Shown: positions 1-8,815 of the stretch, in pieces
How positions within the stretch are numbered: the stretch's first letter is position 1
Layout of the letters: every line of letters starts with the position of its first letter
Source: an uncultured virus (IMG/VR IMGVR_UViG_3300046000_006880)
Lineage: Duplodnaviria; Heunggongvirae; Uroviricota; Caudoviricetes
IMG/VR virus record: IMGVR_UViG_3300046000_006880
Strand: one strand, 5' to 3'
Length of the DNA: 64,000 nt
Made by a program: the position numbers and the translations under genes
Notes under the pieces: model-generated
The model's database searches: none
Told to the model about the DNA's origin: nothing
The model's input: only the letters and a program-made list of their open reading frames with translations

Positions 1-180
1 GCTGAGAAGGTCCTTAGAGAACACAAACCAAAGATCTGGCTATCTGGACACCCTGAGTTTATGTTACAGCAATGGGATGAATCTTTATATAATCTTAGAC
101 AGTGGATCAAGGGATTAGGATATACTGAAATAATTTTAGACTACCAGCATGAGGTGCATCTTTATTATGAATCATGCTAA
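1..180 (+). CDS. C-terminal fragment of a probable FkbM-family methyltransferase (runs off the window start)
   Basis: Frame 1 is open from base 1 (AEKVLREHKPKIWLSGHPEF...LGYTEIILDYQHEVHLYYESC) to TAA at 178-180. Resembles FkbM C-termini and precedes a methyltransferase/glycosyltransferase cluster. Not in the ORF track. Confidence 0.55.
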   Translation, partial: AEKVLREHKPKIWLSGHPEFMLQQWDESLYNLRQWIKGLGYTEIILDYQHEVHLYYESC

Positions 181-715
181 AACTTTTTGGGATAACGCTG
201 CTAAAGATCCAGATGTAAGGTATAAATATATTGCAGATGAGTGGGCAACTACTGAAACATTTTTGGATCTTATAAAAAATAATAATGACGAATGGGACAA
301 TGTTTTAGAAATTGGTTGCGGAATAGGCAGACTGCTAGTTCCTTTTGCAGATATGCACAAAGACTGTAACTTCTATGGGATAGACATATCTGATGAAATG
401 ATAAACCTTGCACCTAAAAGAGATAACATAAAGTATCAAGAACTTGCAGACAACCTTGACCTTGTATACTCAATGCTAGTGTTTCAGCATATTGAACATC
501 AAGAAAAAATTAATTATATAAAACTTGCTTATGAAAAATTAAAATTTGGTGGTAATTTATTCTTTCAGTTTGTTGTTGGCGAAGAGAATTCACCATACTC
601 CTATCAAACATCAAGGTTTGAAGTTGAAAGAATATTAAGTGATGCAGGATTTAAAAACTTAATATTTACAAATCATATGCATCCTGAATGGATGTTTGTT
701 AGGGCTACAAAATGA
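167..715 (+). CDS. Class I SAM-dependent methyltransferase
   Basis: Motif I VLEIGCGIGRL and motif II YGIDIS, plus DLVYSMLVFQH. Start moved to ATG 167, downstream of GAGGTG at 151-156. Confidence 0.9.
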   Translation: MNHAKTFWDNAAKDPDVRYKYIADEWATTETFLDLIKNNNDEWDNVLEIGCGIGRLLVPFADMHKDCNFYGIDISDEMINLAPKRDNIKYQELADNLDLVYSMLVFQHIEHQEKINYIKLAYEKLKFGGNLFFQFVVGEENSPYSYQTSRFEVERILSDAGFKNLIFTNHMHPEWMFVRATK

Positions 716-1560
716 CTAATGCATATATATATTCTATTGATCCACTTGATGCTGCAGATGGCAAGTGGGATTATGGACTACTTAAAGAAACATTTGAAAG
801 AAATAATGTTGATCAGGTAGTTGTAAAAGAAATACCAAAAGCAGATCGTGCGTTTGTTGTTATTCCTGGACATGGAAATGCTGGTAAAGAAAAAGAAATA
901 TCAAACCAATTAAAAAACCTAGATAGAGTTGTTTTGTTTATAACTGGTGATGAAAGCGCTCAATTTAATGTAGATAAAATTAGTCACTCTAATATTTCTA
1001 TTTGGGTTCAATATCCACATCAAAAACATGAACAATATAATAAATTTTTTATTGGTCCGCCTCAGCACTTAAAGTCTAACTTGCCTGATTATCCTGTTAA
1101 AGAATATGACATTTATTTTGGTGGACAAATAACCCATCAGCGTAGACAACAGTTAGCAGAGGTTATGCCAGACCTTCCCAATGCCCTCTATAAGCCTACA
1201 AAAGGCTTTGCACAGGGAGAACAGCCTAAAGAGTACTACCGCACCCTATCAAAGGCTAAAATCGCTCCTTGCCCTGCTGGGGCTATGGTTATAGATACCT
1301 TTAGGTTCTTTGAGGCAATTGAAATGCTTGCCCTACCTATTGGGGATCTTGTTGATTCAAATGGTAAAATGATTGATTATTTTAACTATGTCCATCCCGA
1401 AGAAATGCCAATAAGTAAAATTGATGACTGGACTAAACTAAAAATATTACTTCCTAAACTACTTAATGATTATCCAAACAATATGCACCAAGTCGTGTGT
1501 TGGTGGATCAAATACAAAAGAGATTTTTCTATTAAAATTATGAGGCATATTTATGAATAA
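712..1560 (+). CDS. Exostosin-like (GT47-type) glycosyltransferase
   Basis: C-terminal YDIYFGGQ..RR and YYRTLSKAKIAPCPAG...FRFFEAIEMLALPI match the exostosin/GT-B pattern. ATGA-coupled to the upstream gene. Confidence 0.7.
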   Translation: MTNAYIYSIDPLDAADGKWDYGLLKETFERNNVDQVVVKEIPKADRAFVVIPGHGNAGKEKEISNQLKNLDRVVLFITGDESAQFNVDKISHSNISIWVQYPHQKHEQYNKFFIGPPQHLKSNLPDYPVKEYDIYFGGQITHQRRQQLAEVMPDLPNALYKPTKGFAQGEQPKEYYRTLSKAKIAPCPAGAMVIDTFRFFEAIEMLALPIGDLVDSNGKMIDYFNYVHPEEMPISKIDDWTKLKILLPKLLNDYPNNMHQVVCWWIKYKRDFSIKIMRHIYE

Positions 1561-2284
1561 AAATGATATAACAATTGTGATACCTACATCGGTAATTCCA
1601 AGTCATCCAGACACCAGCGTGATAGGGGAAACAATTTCTACAGTAAGAACACATTTTCCCAACAATGAAATTATTTTACAGATAGATGGGTTACGTGAAG
1701 AGCGTTTATCTCGTAAAGCAGATTACGATGAATATAAAAATAGAGTTCTTTGGAAATGCATGCATGAATGGAAAAATGTTTTACCAATAATTTTTGATGA
1801 ACATTATCACCAAACCACAATGATGAAAAAAACAATTGATATTATTAACACTGCAGCAATGCTTTATGTTGAAGGAGATGCTCCCCTAACTACCGACTGT
1901 GAAATTGATTGGCAAAAATGTCTAGACATGCTTGAGTATAATAAGGCTAACACTATTCGTTTTCATTTTGAAGCATCTATTCCCCATGAGCATAATTATT
2001 TAATGTTTGGCCTTGAAGATGGCTTTATGAAAACTACACAGTGGAGTCAACGCCCTCATCTAAGTACCGTCAAATATTATCGTGAAGTTGTGCTTCCATT
2101 TTCTGAAGAAAAAACTTTTATTGAAGATAGGTTTCATGGTAAAGTTCAAGATGATAGTTGGGAAGACCATAAGCTTTGGATATACCATCCAGAAGGAAAT
2201 ATCAAGCGATCTTATCATTTAGATGGAAGGCAGGGAACACAAAAGTTTACAGTTGATGATGAAGCGTGGGGATATAAAGAATGA
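1553..2284 (+). CDS. GT-A fold (GT2-like) glycosyltransferase
   Basis: N-terminal ITIVIPTS...IILQIDG and an EGD acidic motif; sits within the glycosyltransferase operon. Confidence 0.7.
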   Translation: MNKNDITIVIPTSVIPSHPDTSVIGETISTVRTHFPNNEIILQIDGLREERLSRKADYDEYKNRVLWKCMHEWKNVLPIIFDEHYHQTTMMKKTIDIINTAAMLYVEGDAPLTTDCEIDWQKCLDMLEYNKANTIRFHFEASIPHEHNYLMFGLEDGFMKTTQWSQRPHLSTVKYYREVVLPFSEEKTFIEDRFHGKVQDDSWEDHKLWIYHPEGNIKRSYHLDGRQGTQKFTVDDEAWGYKE

Positions 2285-3327
2285 GATTAGGAATCATTGC
2301 AAGATCAGATAACACTGGTCTTGGCAATCAAACAAAAAATCTTGTAGATATGCTTGTCCCCAATAAAATACTTTTAATTGATTCAACCCCCTTCAATGAA
2401 AATAAACAGCACCCTGAATGGTATTCTGGATATAACTGCATAACAACAAAAAATGGTTTTGCAAGAAGAGAAGAGATAGTTCAGTTTCTTGATGGAATAG
2501 ATGTTGTATTAACTTGCGAATCTTTTTATAGCGAATTATTTTTAAGCCTTGCACAAAAAAGAAACATAAAAACTATTTTGCAATACAACTATGAGTTCTT
2601 AGACTTGGTTATAAATCCAGAGCAAAGAGTTCCAGATGTTTTAATCTCTCCAAGTGCATGGAAAATTGATCATGTCAAAGAGGTACTGGGAGATAGAACA
2701 CAAGTTATCCAGCTTCCACCACCTATTGACCCAATATTATTCTCAAGCCAAAGAGAAATTAATATGTCTAAAGATCACAAAAGAATCCTTCATATTGCTG
2801 GAAAGTTTGCTTCAAAAGATAGAAACGGTACAAGTACTGTAATTGACATGCTTCAGTATTCAAAAGAAGATTATGAATTGGTGATTAAGAGCCAAACCCC
2901 AATTGAAACAGAATGCCAAGATCCTAGACTAACTATTGATACATCTAGTCCTGATAACAGTGCAGACCTTTATAGTGGTTTTGATGCTATGGTTCTTCCA
3001 AGAAGATATGCTGGACTTTGTTTACCTATGAATGAGTCTCTTATGAGTGGATTGCCAGTGTTTATGACTGATATATCCCCGAATAATTCAGTTTTGCCTA
3101 GCGAATGGTTAGTTGAATCAGAAAAAATTGATAAACTTTTGACAAGAATGACTCTTGATGTTTATGGAGCTAATCCTAAACGACTTGCAAAAATGATTGA
3201 TAAGTATGTTAAATTAAAAAATAAAAAAGAGTCAAAGCAAAAAGCACTTGACATAGCATTAAACAGGTTTGACGTAAATAGACTTAGAGAGCAATACCTA
3301 AGTGTTATTAATAATGTAGTTAGATGA
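2281..3327 (+). CDS. GT4-family (GT-B) glycosyltransferase
   Basis: DNTGLG N-terminus; C-terminal DAMVLPRRYAGLCLPMNESLMSGLPVFMTD signature. Confidence 0.85.
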   Translation: MRLGIIARSDNTGLGNQTKNLVDMLVPNKILLIDSTPFNENKQHPEWYSGYNCITTKNGFARREEIVQFLDGIDVVLTCESFYSELFLSLAQKRNIKTILQYNYEFLDLVINPEQRVPDVLISPSAWKIDHVKEVLGDRTQVIQLPPPIDPILFSSQREINMSKDHKRILHIAGKFASKDRNGTSTVIDMLQYSKEDYELVIKSQTPIETECQDPRLTIDTSSPDNSADLYSGFDAMVLPRRYAGLCLPMNESLMSGLPVFMTDISPNNSVLPSEWLVESEKIDKLLTRMTLDVYGANPKRLAKMIDKYVKLKNKKESKQKALDIALNRFDVNRLREQYLSVINNVVR

Positions 3328-4005
3328 AAAATTTCTCTTTAGTTTTTCTAATCCAACAAAAGTTGCTTTGTCATCATACATAAACTGAATACTTGTTTTT
3401 AGCAGCTTTATTTTATAGTCTGTGTACTTTAAAATGTAGTGGGATAGCCACAAATCATCAATTATGTGATATTCTTTTGGACAATCAAAGAACTTATCGT
3501 CTAAAAATATCTTGGAAGAACAAATTAATCCACCAGTTCCAGCATAATTTCCTTCTTCTCCCTCAACAAGTCTTACCTTGTCCCAGTAATCCTCATCAAA
3601 CTTGTGGGCATAGAATGATTTAACATGCACTGGGCTATATTGATCATAGCAATCTTGAATAAAAGATTTTGGCAACATTTGATCGTCATCAAAAAATATT
3701 ATGCGCTCATATCCCTGTTCTGCTAATTCTTTTGCAAGATAAAACCTAGAAAACATTTTATATTCATTATAATAATTTTTTATATATGAGTTAAACCCAA
3801 GTTCTTGTCCGTATTTTGTAAAGTATCCGATTAGTTTGTTATCTTGATCATGAGAATTGTTTGATATGTAAAAATCAAAATCTTTATTTGTCTGTTCTTT
3901 TAACCTATTAAGTATTTTAGGCATGTTAGTTAATCTAATGTAAGTACACATTATTACTGCAGTCTTAGACTTTGGTTTGACTTCTTGGCTATATATGTAT
4001 GTCAT
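3298..4005 (-). CDS. GT2-family glycosyltransferase
   Basis: TAVIMCTYIR start, IIFFDDD (DxD) motif, DDLWLS motif. Converges on the GT4 gene with a 30 bp overlap. Confidence 0.8.
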   Translation of the reverse strand: MTYIYSQEVKPKSKTAVIMCTYIRLTNMPKILNRLKEQTNKDFDFYISNNSHDQDNKLIGYFTKYGQELGFNSYIKNYYNEYKMFSRFYLAKELAEQGYERIIFFDDDQMLPKSFIQDCYDQYSPVHVKSFYAHKFDEDYWDKVRLVEGEEGNYAGTGGLICSSKIFLDDKFFDCPKEYHIIDDLWLSHYILKYTDYKIKLLKTSIQFMYDDKATFVGLEKLKRNFSSNYIINNT

Positions 4006-4011
4006 AATTTC

Positions 4012-4053
4012 AAAGAAAGAGAGGGATAGGACATGAAGACATATCCCCCTCTA
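4012..4053 (-). terminator. Probable intrinsic terminator after the holin-like gene
   Basis: Minus strand AGAGGGGGATA...TATCCCTCTCT stem followed by TTCTTT. Confidence 0.5.
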
Positions 4054-4058
4054 AAGAA

Positions 4059-4340
4059 TTACTTCTTCTTTGTTGCAGCCTTCTTAGCAGGAGCCTTCTT
4101 AGCAGGTCTCTTTACTACCTTAGCAGCTCTTAGAGCCTTGTCTACAGCCTTTGCGTCTGGTAGACGACCAAATGCTGCGTCATTTGGATTAACCGCTCTT
4201 AGGATAACTGGTACCAATGCACCAAGCAATGAGTATGCTAGTGTCTGTGGATCTGTTACTCCAGAAGCATACATTGCTGTCGCTGCTCCAAGAACTGATC
4301 TTCCGTATGAGGCAAGTGCCTTCTTAATTTGTTCGTTCAT
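4059..4340 (-). CDS. Probable holin with basic Lys/Ala-rich tail
   Basis: Two hydrophobic segments (SYGRSVLGAATAMYA; YSLLGALVPVILRAVNP), NPND.AFG motif, C-terminal PAKKAPAKKAATKKK; AGGAGG SD. Confidence 0.55.
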   Translation of the reverse strand: MNEQIKKALASYGRSVLGAATAMYASGVTDPQTLAYSLLGALVPVILRAVNPNDAAFGRLPDAKAVDKALRAAKVVKRPAKKAPAKKAATKKK

Positions 4341-4350
4341 ATATTTCCTC

Positions 4351-4509
4351 CTAGGATATAATTCGTGTTAGTATTGTGAAGCCAATCCATAAACCAATAA
4401 TTCCTGCGACTCCCGCAAAAACTGGTGGTGCTGGCACTGGCAATTTGAATGCAGCAAACACAACTCCGCATCCAAAACCTGTTAGTGTTGATAAAAATAT
4501 GTCTTTCAT
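4351..4509 (-). CDS. XapX/DUF1427-like small membrane protein (52 aa, absent from the ORF track)
   Basis: Hand translation gives MKDIFLSTLTGFGCGVVFAAFKLPVPAPPVFAGVAGIIGLWIGFTILTRIIS. LPVPAPP..AG..GI.G is the XapX signature. Confidence 0.8.
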   Translation of the reverse strand: MKDIFLSTLTGFGCGVVFAAFKLPVPAPPVFAGVAGIIGLWIGFTILTRIIS

Positions 4510-4925
4510 TTAGATTCCTCTTCTATTGGCAAAAGTGCTTTAAGCTTTTCATACTCTTCTGATATTTTTTTCATTGAATAGTAGTTAGGTGCTAATGCCA
4601 TTGTGTCAGAATAATCTCTAAAGTAGTTAATTTCTGGAGCAGTCTCATCAATAAAATGTTTTAGTCCAGCTTGAACTTCTTCAATATACTCATACGCCCA
4701 ATCTCTAGAATCAGAAATAAACTTAATAAAGTTTTCTTTATGAACGCTTTCATCTAAATTAATTTTTGAGTTCTCCAACTCATCAATTGTTTTACTAAGA
4801 ACAGCTAGATCAAGGAATAGTCCTTGATATTGATTCCTAATCTTTGTAAATCTATAAAATAAAGTTAGATAAGCAACACTTAATGAGAATAAGCAACCTA
4901 AAATTACTATCATTGAAATACTCAT
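4506..4925 (-). CDS. Hypothetical protein, N-terminal membrane anchor plus coiled coil
   Basis: Hydrophobic first 25 aa; translationally coupled to neighbours. Confidence 0.7.
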   Translation of the reverse strand: MSISMIVILGCLFSLSVAYLTLFYRFTKIRNQYQGLFLDLAVLSKTIDELENSKINLDESVHKENFIKFISDSRDWAYEYIEEVQAGLKHFIDETAPEINYFRDYSDTMALAPNYYSMKKISEEYEKLKALLPIEEESK

Positions 4926-5155
4926 TTGCTGATTGCCTCTCTTGTTACCAAAACAATTGCACCATTTTGCTCAAGTGCGTCTTTTACTCTTGTAACATAT
5001 TGAACTGCTTCTATTTTTTCATCATGCATCATATATATAAAATCTTCTTCATTAAGCCTTATTGTTAAAAAACTTTCATTATCAATAACATTAATCACAA
5101 AATCTTTTGGGGGAGTAATGGAATGAAAAGCTTTTCTCATTGCATCGGTATACAT
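4922..5155 (-). CDS. Hypothetical protein
   Basis: Coupled ORF with a GGAG SD. Confidence 0.7.
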   Translation of the reverse strand: MYTDAMRKAFHSITPPKDFVINVIDNESFLTIRLNEEDFIYMMHDEKIEAVQYVTRVKDALEQNGAIVLVTREAISK

Positions 5156-5454
5156 TAAATCTCTCCATTGCTTGTATAATTAAATAGATCTTCTAGTGAA
5201 GAAAACCCAACGTCTTCATTAATATCAAGAGACTTTAATAGAATGATCCAGGTTTCTTCTATATACTTTTTAGCAATCTCGGTTGGAGTCACCAACTCCG
5301 AGTCAACTAAAAATGCAAGAGGAAGACCTAAGTCATTGTAGGATATAAAGTCTTCAAACTGTTTTTCTTCTTTATGATTTATCCATAACTCAGCAAGAAT
5401 TGAGCAGTAATCATCAAAAGATGTTAGTTCATTTCCGTCGTCAGAGATTGCCAC
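5155..5454 (-). CDS. Hypothetical acidic protein
   Basis: Fills the operon gap; YNDLGLPLA motif; GTG start uncertain. Confidence 0.65.
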   Translation of the reverse strand: MAISDDGNELTSFDDYCSILAELWINHKEEKQFEDFISYNDLGLPLAFLVDSELVTPTEIAKKYIEETWIILLKSLDINEDVGFSSLEDLFNYTSNGEI

Positions 5455-5711
5455 ACATCACCCCACTGTTCTTTAGTCTTGTGCTTATTAAATTCTCGTG
5501 AAACTTCTCCACTCTCTAAGTATACACCACCCCATACGCCCCATTCTTTTCCAGAAACACCATTAGCAAAGCATGTTTTTGCAACTGGACATGAAGCACA
5601 AAAATTATCTATATTAGACCTTAATGCAATATCATCTTCATATTTTTCAAAATAAAGATTTGTTTCTAAGCCAAGGCATTTAGCTTGATCTTTCCATAAA
5701 TGTTGTTTCAA
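5424..5711 (-). CDS. whiB: WhiB-family Fe-S transcription regulator
   Basis: W..QAKC...C..CPV...C (four Cys) and the WGVWGG turn; TTG start after AAGGAG. Confidence 0.92.
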   Translation of the reverse strand: MKQHLWKDQAKCLGLETNLYFEKYEDDIALRSNIDNFCASCPVAKTCFANGVSGKEWGVWGGVYLESGEVSREFNKHKTKEQWGDVWQSLTTEMN

Positions 5712-5714
5712 GGA

Positions 5715-5924
5715 TTACTCCTTGTACTTGTTTGGAATATCCCAGCCGTTGCGATCAACCACATAAATTTTGTGAATAAACCATTCACCATTAATTCTAA
5801 TTCCCTGTGGAGATGTGCGACCAATCTCTGATTTCTTTAGGTCAATCACATTCCAACCATCCCAGCGAAGATTACGGTTTTTCTTTACGATTGACTCCAT
5901 TGTTTCTAGTTTGTTTATAATCAT
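5715..5924 (-). CDS. Hypothetical protein
   Basis: ORF with SD (AAAGG); LRWDGW motif. Confidence 0.7.
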   Translation of the reverse strand: MIINKLETMESIVKKNRNLRWDGWNVIDLKKSEIGRTSPQGIRINGEWFIHKIYVVDRNGWDIPNKYKE

Positions 5925-5934
5925 TTTTTATCCT

Positions 5935-6285
5935 TTAGTATCTGTAAATTCCGACTTCAATATTTTTGAGTTCGGCTGCTGCAACTAATTTTGAAACTGA
6001 CTCTTTTGGCTTGCTTAGGAAAGCAAAATAGTTTAGATGTTCTATGTTCTCTTCAATATATGATGCTGGAACCTTAAAGAATTTAATCTTTTTACCCCTA
6101 GCCTTCATTCCTCTTTCAGAAAGATTACAAAATTCAGAAACCATTGAGTTAATTTTAGCTGGACCAGCAGAATAAATTAAAAGCTCTTTGTCTTTTTCCT
6201 GCATTGCAGACATTGCTACACCCATTGCACGAAGAAAAACCTGATAATCATCAAAGGTTTTAGTTCCTTGGACCGCTACTATCAT
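5935..6285 (-). CDS. Hypothetical protein, possibly SLOG/YspA-like Rossmannoid fold
   Basis: MIVAVQGTKTFDDY start resembles the GSR.F.DY opening of YspA/DUF2493 SLOG proteins. Confidence 0.5.
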   Translation of the reverse strand: MIVAVQGTKTFDDYQVFLRAMGVAMSAMQEKDKELLIYSAGPAKINSMVSEFCNLSERGMKARGKKIKFFKVPASYIEENIEHLNYFAFLSKPKESVSKLVAAAELKNIEVGIYRY

Positions 6286-6673
6286 CACTACTTCCATTCT
6301 TTAGGTTATCCAGTATGAATAACATCTTATCAATATCTTTTTTTGACATACTTGTTGTATCAACTGGCTGCGTAGTATCTGTATCTATACTATTACCAAC
6401 AGCCTCTGCACAATAAAATATATTATTGTTGACCCAATAAGCCTTGTCCTCTATAAAAATAATCTTAACTGTGTTTTCCTCAATATGCTTTGACATTTGA
6501 GATTCACGTCTTGGTTTTTCATATAGATCTTTAGGAAGAAAGTCTTTAATCATTAAATGTATTGAACTTTGACTATATGCAATACCTGAAAAAGATTTAA
6601 ACTTTCTCCCTTTATAAAGTATATAGGAAGTCAATAACAATGTCAACCCCACTCCAATGACATATTTAATCAT
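6260..6673 (-). CDS. Hypothetical membrane-anchored protein
   Basis: N-terminal hydrophobic helix followed by KGRK. Confidence 0.7.
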   Translation of the reverse strand: MIKYVIGVGLTLLLTSYILYKGRKFKSFSGIAYSQSSIHLMIKDFLPKDLYEKPRRESQMSKHIEENTVKIIFIEDKAYWVNNNIFYCAEAVGNSIDTDTTQPVDTTSMSKKDIDKMLFILDNLKNGSSDDSSGPRN

Positions 6674-6681
6674 TTTATTAT

Positions 6682-7374
6682 TTACTTATAAAAAGGACTT
6701 AAATCAAGAACAGATCCACCCCAGATTGTCTCATGAGACTTTCCTATTGAATTATCATAAGCATCTGTAGTTGGAACATATTCAACGGTCATCTCTGGCT
6801 CAACTGGAAGTGGATCAATTGCAATAAAAAGACTCATTGTGCATGCTGAGTATGTTCTTGTTGCTTCCCATAGTCCATCTTCATCTTGCTCAAATAATTG
6901 AATCAATACCGCAGGATTTTCTGGTGTTGCTTCAAGTGTATATTCTCCACCAGGTATTCCAAGCATTCCTTCACGCATAACATGAACTACTTGACCAATA
7001 TGAAATTCTTCGTCTCCGCCATGGGCGGTCATAGCAAAGTCACCTTCTTTTAAATTCGGCATTGCTTTTAGAATTGGCATTGTATTTTCAGAAATTTCTC
7101 CAATTATTTCTTTAACCACTGAAGACAATTCTTTAATTTGATCTGCTGCTGTAACTGCCATTCCCCCTGTGTTAATACCAGAGTGGGAGTCTCCAATACC
7201 GCTTCTGCGTCTTCCATACCGAATAGCGTTATTCTTTCCTGCCTCTACAACATTGGCATATAAAGCTCTTACTTGCTCTGTTGCCTTACTTTTTGTAGGG
7301 TGTGTACCCACAGTTTTACCCTTGTCATCTACAACGGCATACTCTGAACCTGATCTTTGAATACGATATGGCAT
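6682..7374 (-). CDS. Hypothetical protein, possibly head-associated, with an SH3/Tudor-like (DUF2945-like) domain
   Basis: Own promoter and AGGAG SD. Domain LKEGDF...GQV...EATPENPAVLI. C-terminus resembles the scaffold C-terminus. Confidence 0.55.
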   Translation of the reverse strand: MPYRIQRSGSEYAVVDDKGKTVGTHPTKSKATEQVRALYANVVEAGKNNAIRYGRRRSGIGDSHSGINTGGMAVTAADQIKELSSVVKEIIGEISENTMPILKAMPNLKEGDFAMTAHGGDEEFHIGQVVHVMREGMLGIPGGEYTLEATPENPAVLIQLFEQDEDGLWEATRTYSACTMSLFIAIDPLPVEPEMTVEYVPTTDAYDNSIGKSHETIWGGSVLDLSPFYK

Positions 7375-7410
7375 AGTTTTCTCCTAAGTCTATACTATGA
7401 TTATAGCAGA

Positions 7411-7737
7411 TTACTTAAGAATAAGTCTCTTAATTTCAATTAATGCTATTTGCTCTTCCCTTGAAATTTCTTCAATTTTAACGTCACTAAAAGCTTTATC
7501 TGTAAGGCTTACTTTAGGATCCTCTGACAAAAAATCTATATCTAAGAAGCCTTTTTCCCAAAGAGTCATAATGTCACGATTTACCTCATTAAGGTGCTCT
7601 TTGTATAGTTCTGGCATTATTTCTTTAATAGATTCATTAAATGAGTATAATGATTGACCAGTTACACTATCAATACCAACAACCTTCAAAGCTCCAGTAA
7701 GTATTAGGATCTCAATAGTTTCATCAATCGGATCCAC
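7411..7737 (-). CDS. Hypothetical protein
   Basis: Likely GTG start at 7737 after GAGGAG. The longer track ORF overlaps thioredoxin. Confidence 0.65.
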   Translation of the reverse strand: MDPIDETIEILILTGALKVVGIDSVTGQSLYSFNESIKEIMPELYKEHLNEVNRDIMTLWEKGFLDIDFLSEDPKVSLTDKAFSDVKIEEISREEQIALIEIKRLILK

Positions 7738-7981
7738 TAATGAACTCCTCAAGTTCGTCTTTTGTTTTTGCACCATTGATACGTCTGATTTCTTTTCCGT
7801 CTTCCATGAGTATAAATGTTGGAACCGCTTTAATCTCAAACTTACGACATAAATCACCGTTATCATCAGCATCAATATATTGAAACTTGATAATTCCATC
7901 TCTATCTAACTCCTCTGCAATTGGACGAACACGCTTACAAGGGTTGCACCACTCTGCTGTAAAGTATAGTATGTGCTTCAT
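7724..7981 (-). CDS. Thioredoxin
   Basis: FTAEWCNPCK active site and VPTFI cis-Pro motif. Confidence 0.93.
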   Translation of the reverse strand: MKHILYFTAEWCNPCKRVRPIAEELDRDGIIKFQYIDADDNGDLCRKFEIKAVPTFILMEDGKEIRRINGAKTKDELEEFISGSD

Positions 7982-8388
7982 TACTTGCCAGACTTTGTTC
8001 TAGCCTTTTTAAGTGCCTCAAAATCTTTTACCTTGGTGTCACCCATATATCCCCAAGCATATCCATCATTAATCATCTTATCATTGATTGATTCGGTATC
8101 ATTATTTATATATAGCCATCCAAGAATACGACCATACTTCTCAGATGAATCCATCTTCTCAGTTTTAATTACTACAGACTTAGCATCTTTTAGTTGCTTC
8201 TTAAGATACTCTTTTGACTCAAGCCCTAAAGCCTTTTCAGCAAGATCTTTTGTACGAGACTCGGGGGTATCAATACCAGCCAATCTTACACGGGACTGAA
8301 ACAAAATATCAAAACCTAAATCAATAAGAACATCAATGGTATCTCCATCTACTACGTTCTCTACTTTTCTTACATAGTATTCATACAT
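7981..8388 (-). CDS. Thermonuclease (SNase-like) family nuclease
   Basis: VVDGDTID, RVRLAGIDTPE and KYGRILG motifs. Start taken as MYEYY. Confidence 0.9.
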   Translation of the reverse strand: MYEYYVRKVENVVDGDTIDVLIDLGFDILFQSRVRLAGIDTPESRTKDLAEKALGLESKEYLKKQLKDAKSVVIKTEKMDSSEKYGRILGWLYINNDTESINDKMINDGYAWGYMGDTKVKDFEALKKARTKSGK

Positions 8389-8389
8389 T

Positions 8390-8620
8390 TTATACCGCCA
8401 ATTTTTCTCTCTCATCAATTATAGTTATAGCAAAAGACATCATTTTCTTGTATCCTTCAGTATTGTCCATAATCTTGTTGTAATGATGACCACAAAAACT
8501 TAAATCTCCAGAAATACCAGTTACCCTTATCAATGCTTCTGCTGCACATGAGTCACAACGATCAGTTGCTTTAAGTATCCACTCTTTTTGTTCTGCATCT
8601 TCTTTAATCATTGTGTTCAT
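8390..8620 (-). CDS. Small Zn-binding hypothetical protein
   Basis: DRCDSC and FCGHH motifs. Confidence 0.7.
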   Translation of the reverse strand: MNTMIKEDAEQKEWILKATDRCDSCAAEALIRVTGISGDLSFCGHHYNKIMDNTEGYKKMMSFAITIIDEREKLAV

Positions 8621-8626
8621 ATTGTA

Positions 8627-8815
8627 CTACCGCTTTCTGTTGTCAGTTGAATAAAATCCAGGACCGTTTAGAACTACTCCAAAATTAGAATATACACGAA
8701 CCAGCGGTAGAGTGCAAGTTTCACACTCATACCCTGGATCGTTTTCTGTAATAGAACGAACCTTGATTACAGTTTCTTTGCAAGATCCTGTGCACTCGTA
8801 TTCGTATGCTGGCAT
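8627..8815 (-). CDS. FmdB-family zinc-ribbon protein
   Basis: MPAYEYEC..C, C..C and GPGFYSTD signature. Confidence 0.85.
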   Translation of the reverse strand: MPAYEYECTGSCKETVIKVRSITENDPGYECETCTLPLVRVYSNFGVVLNGPGFYSTDNRKR

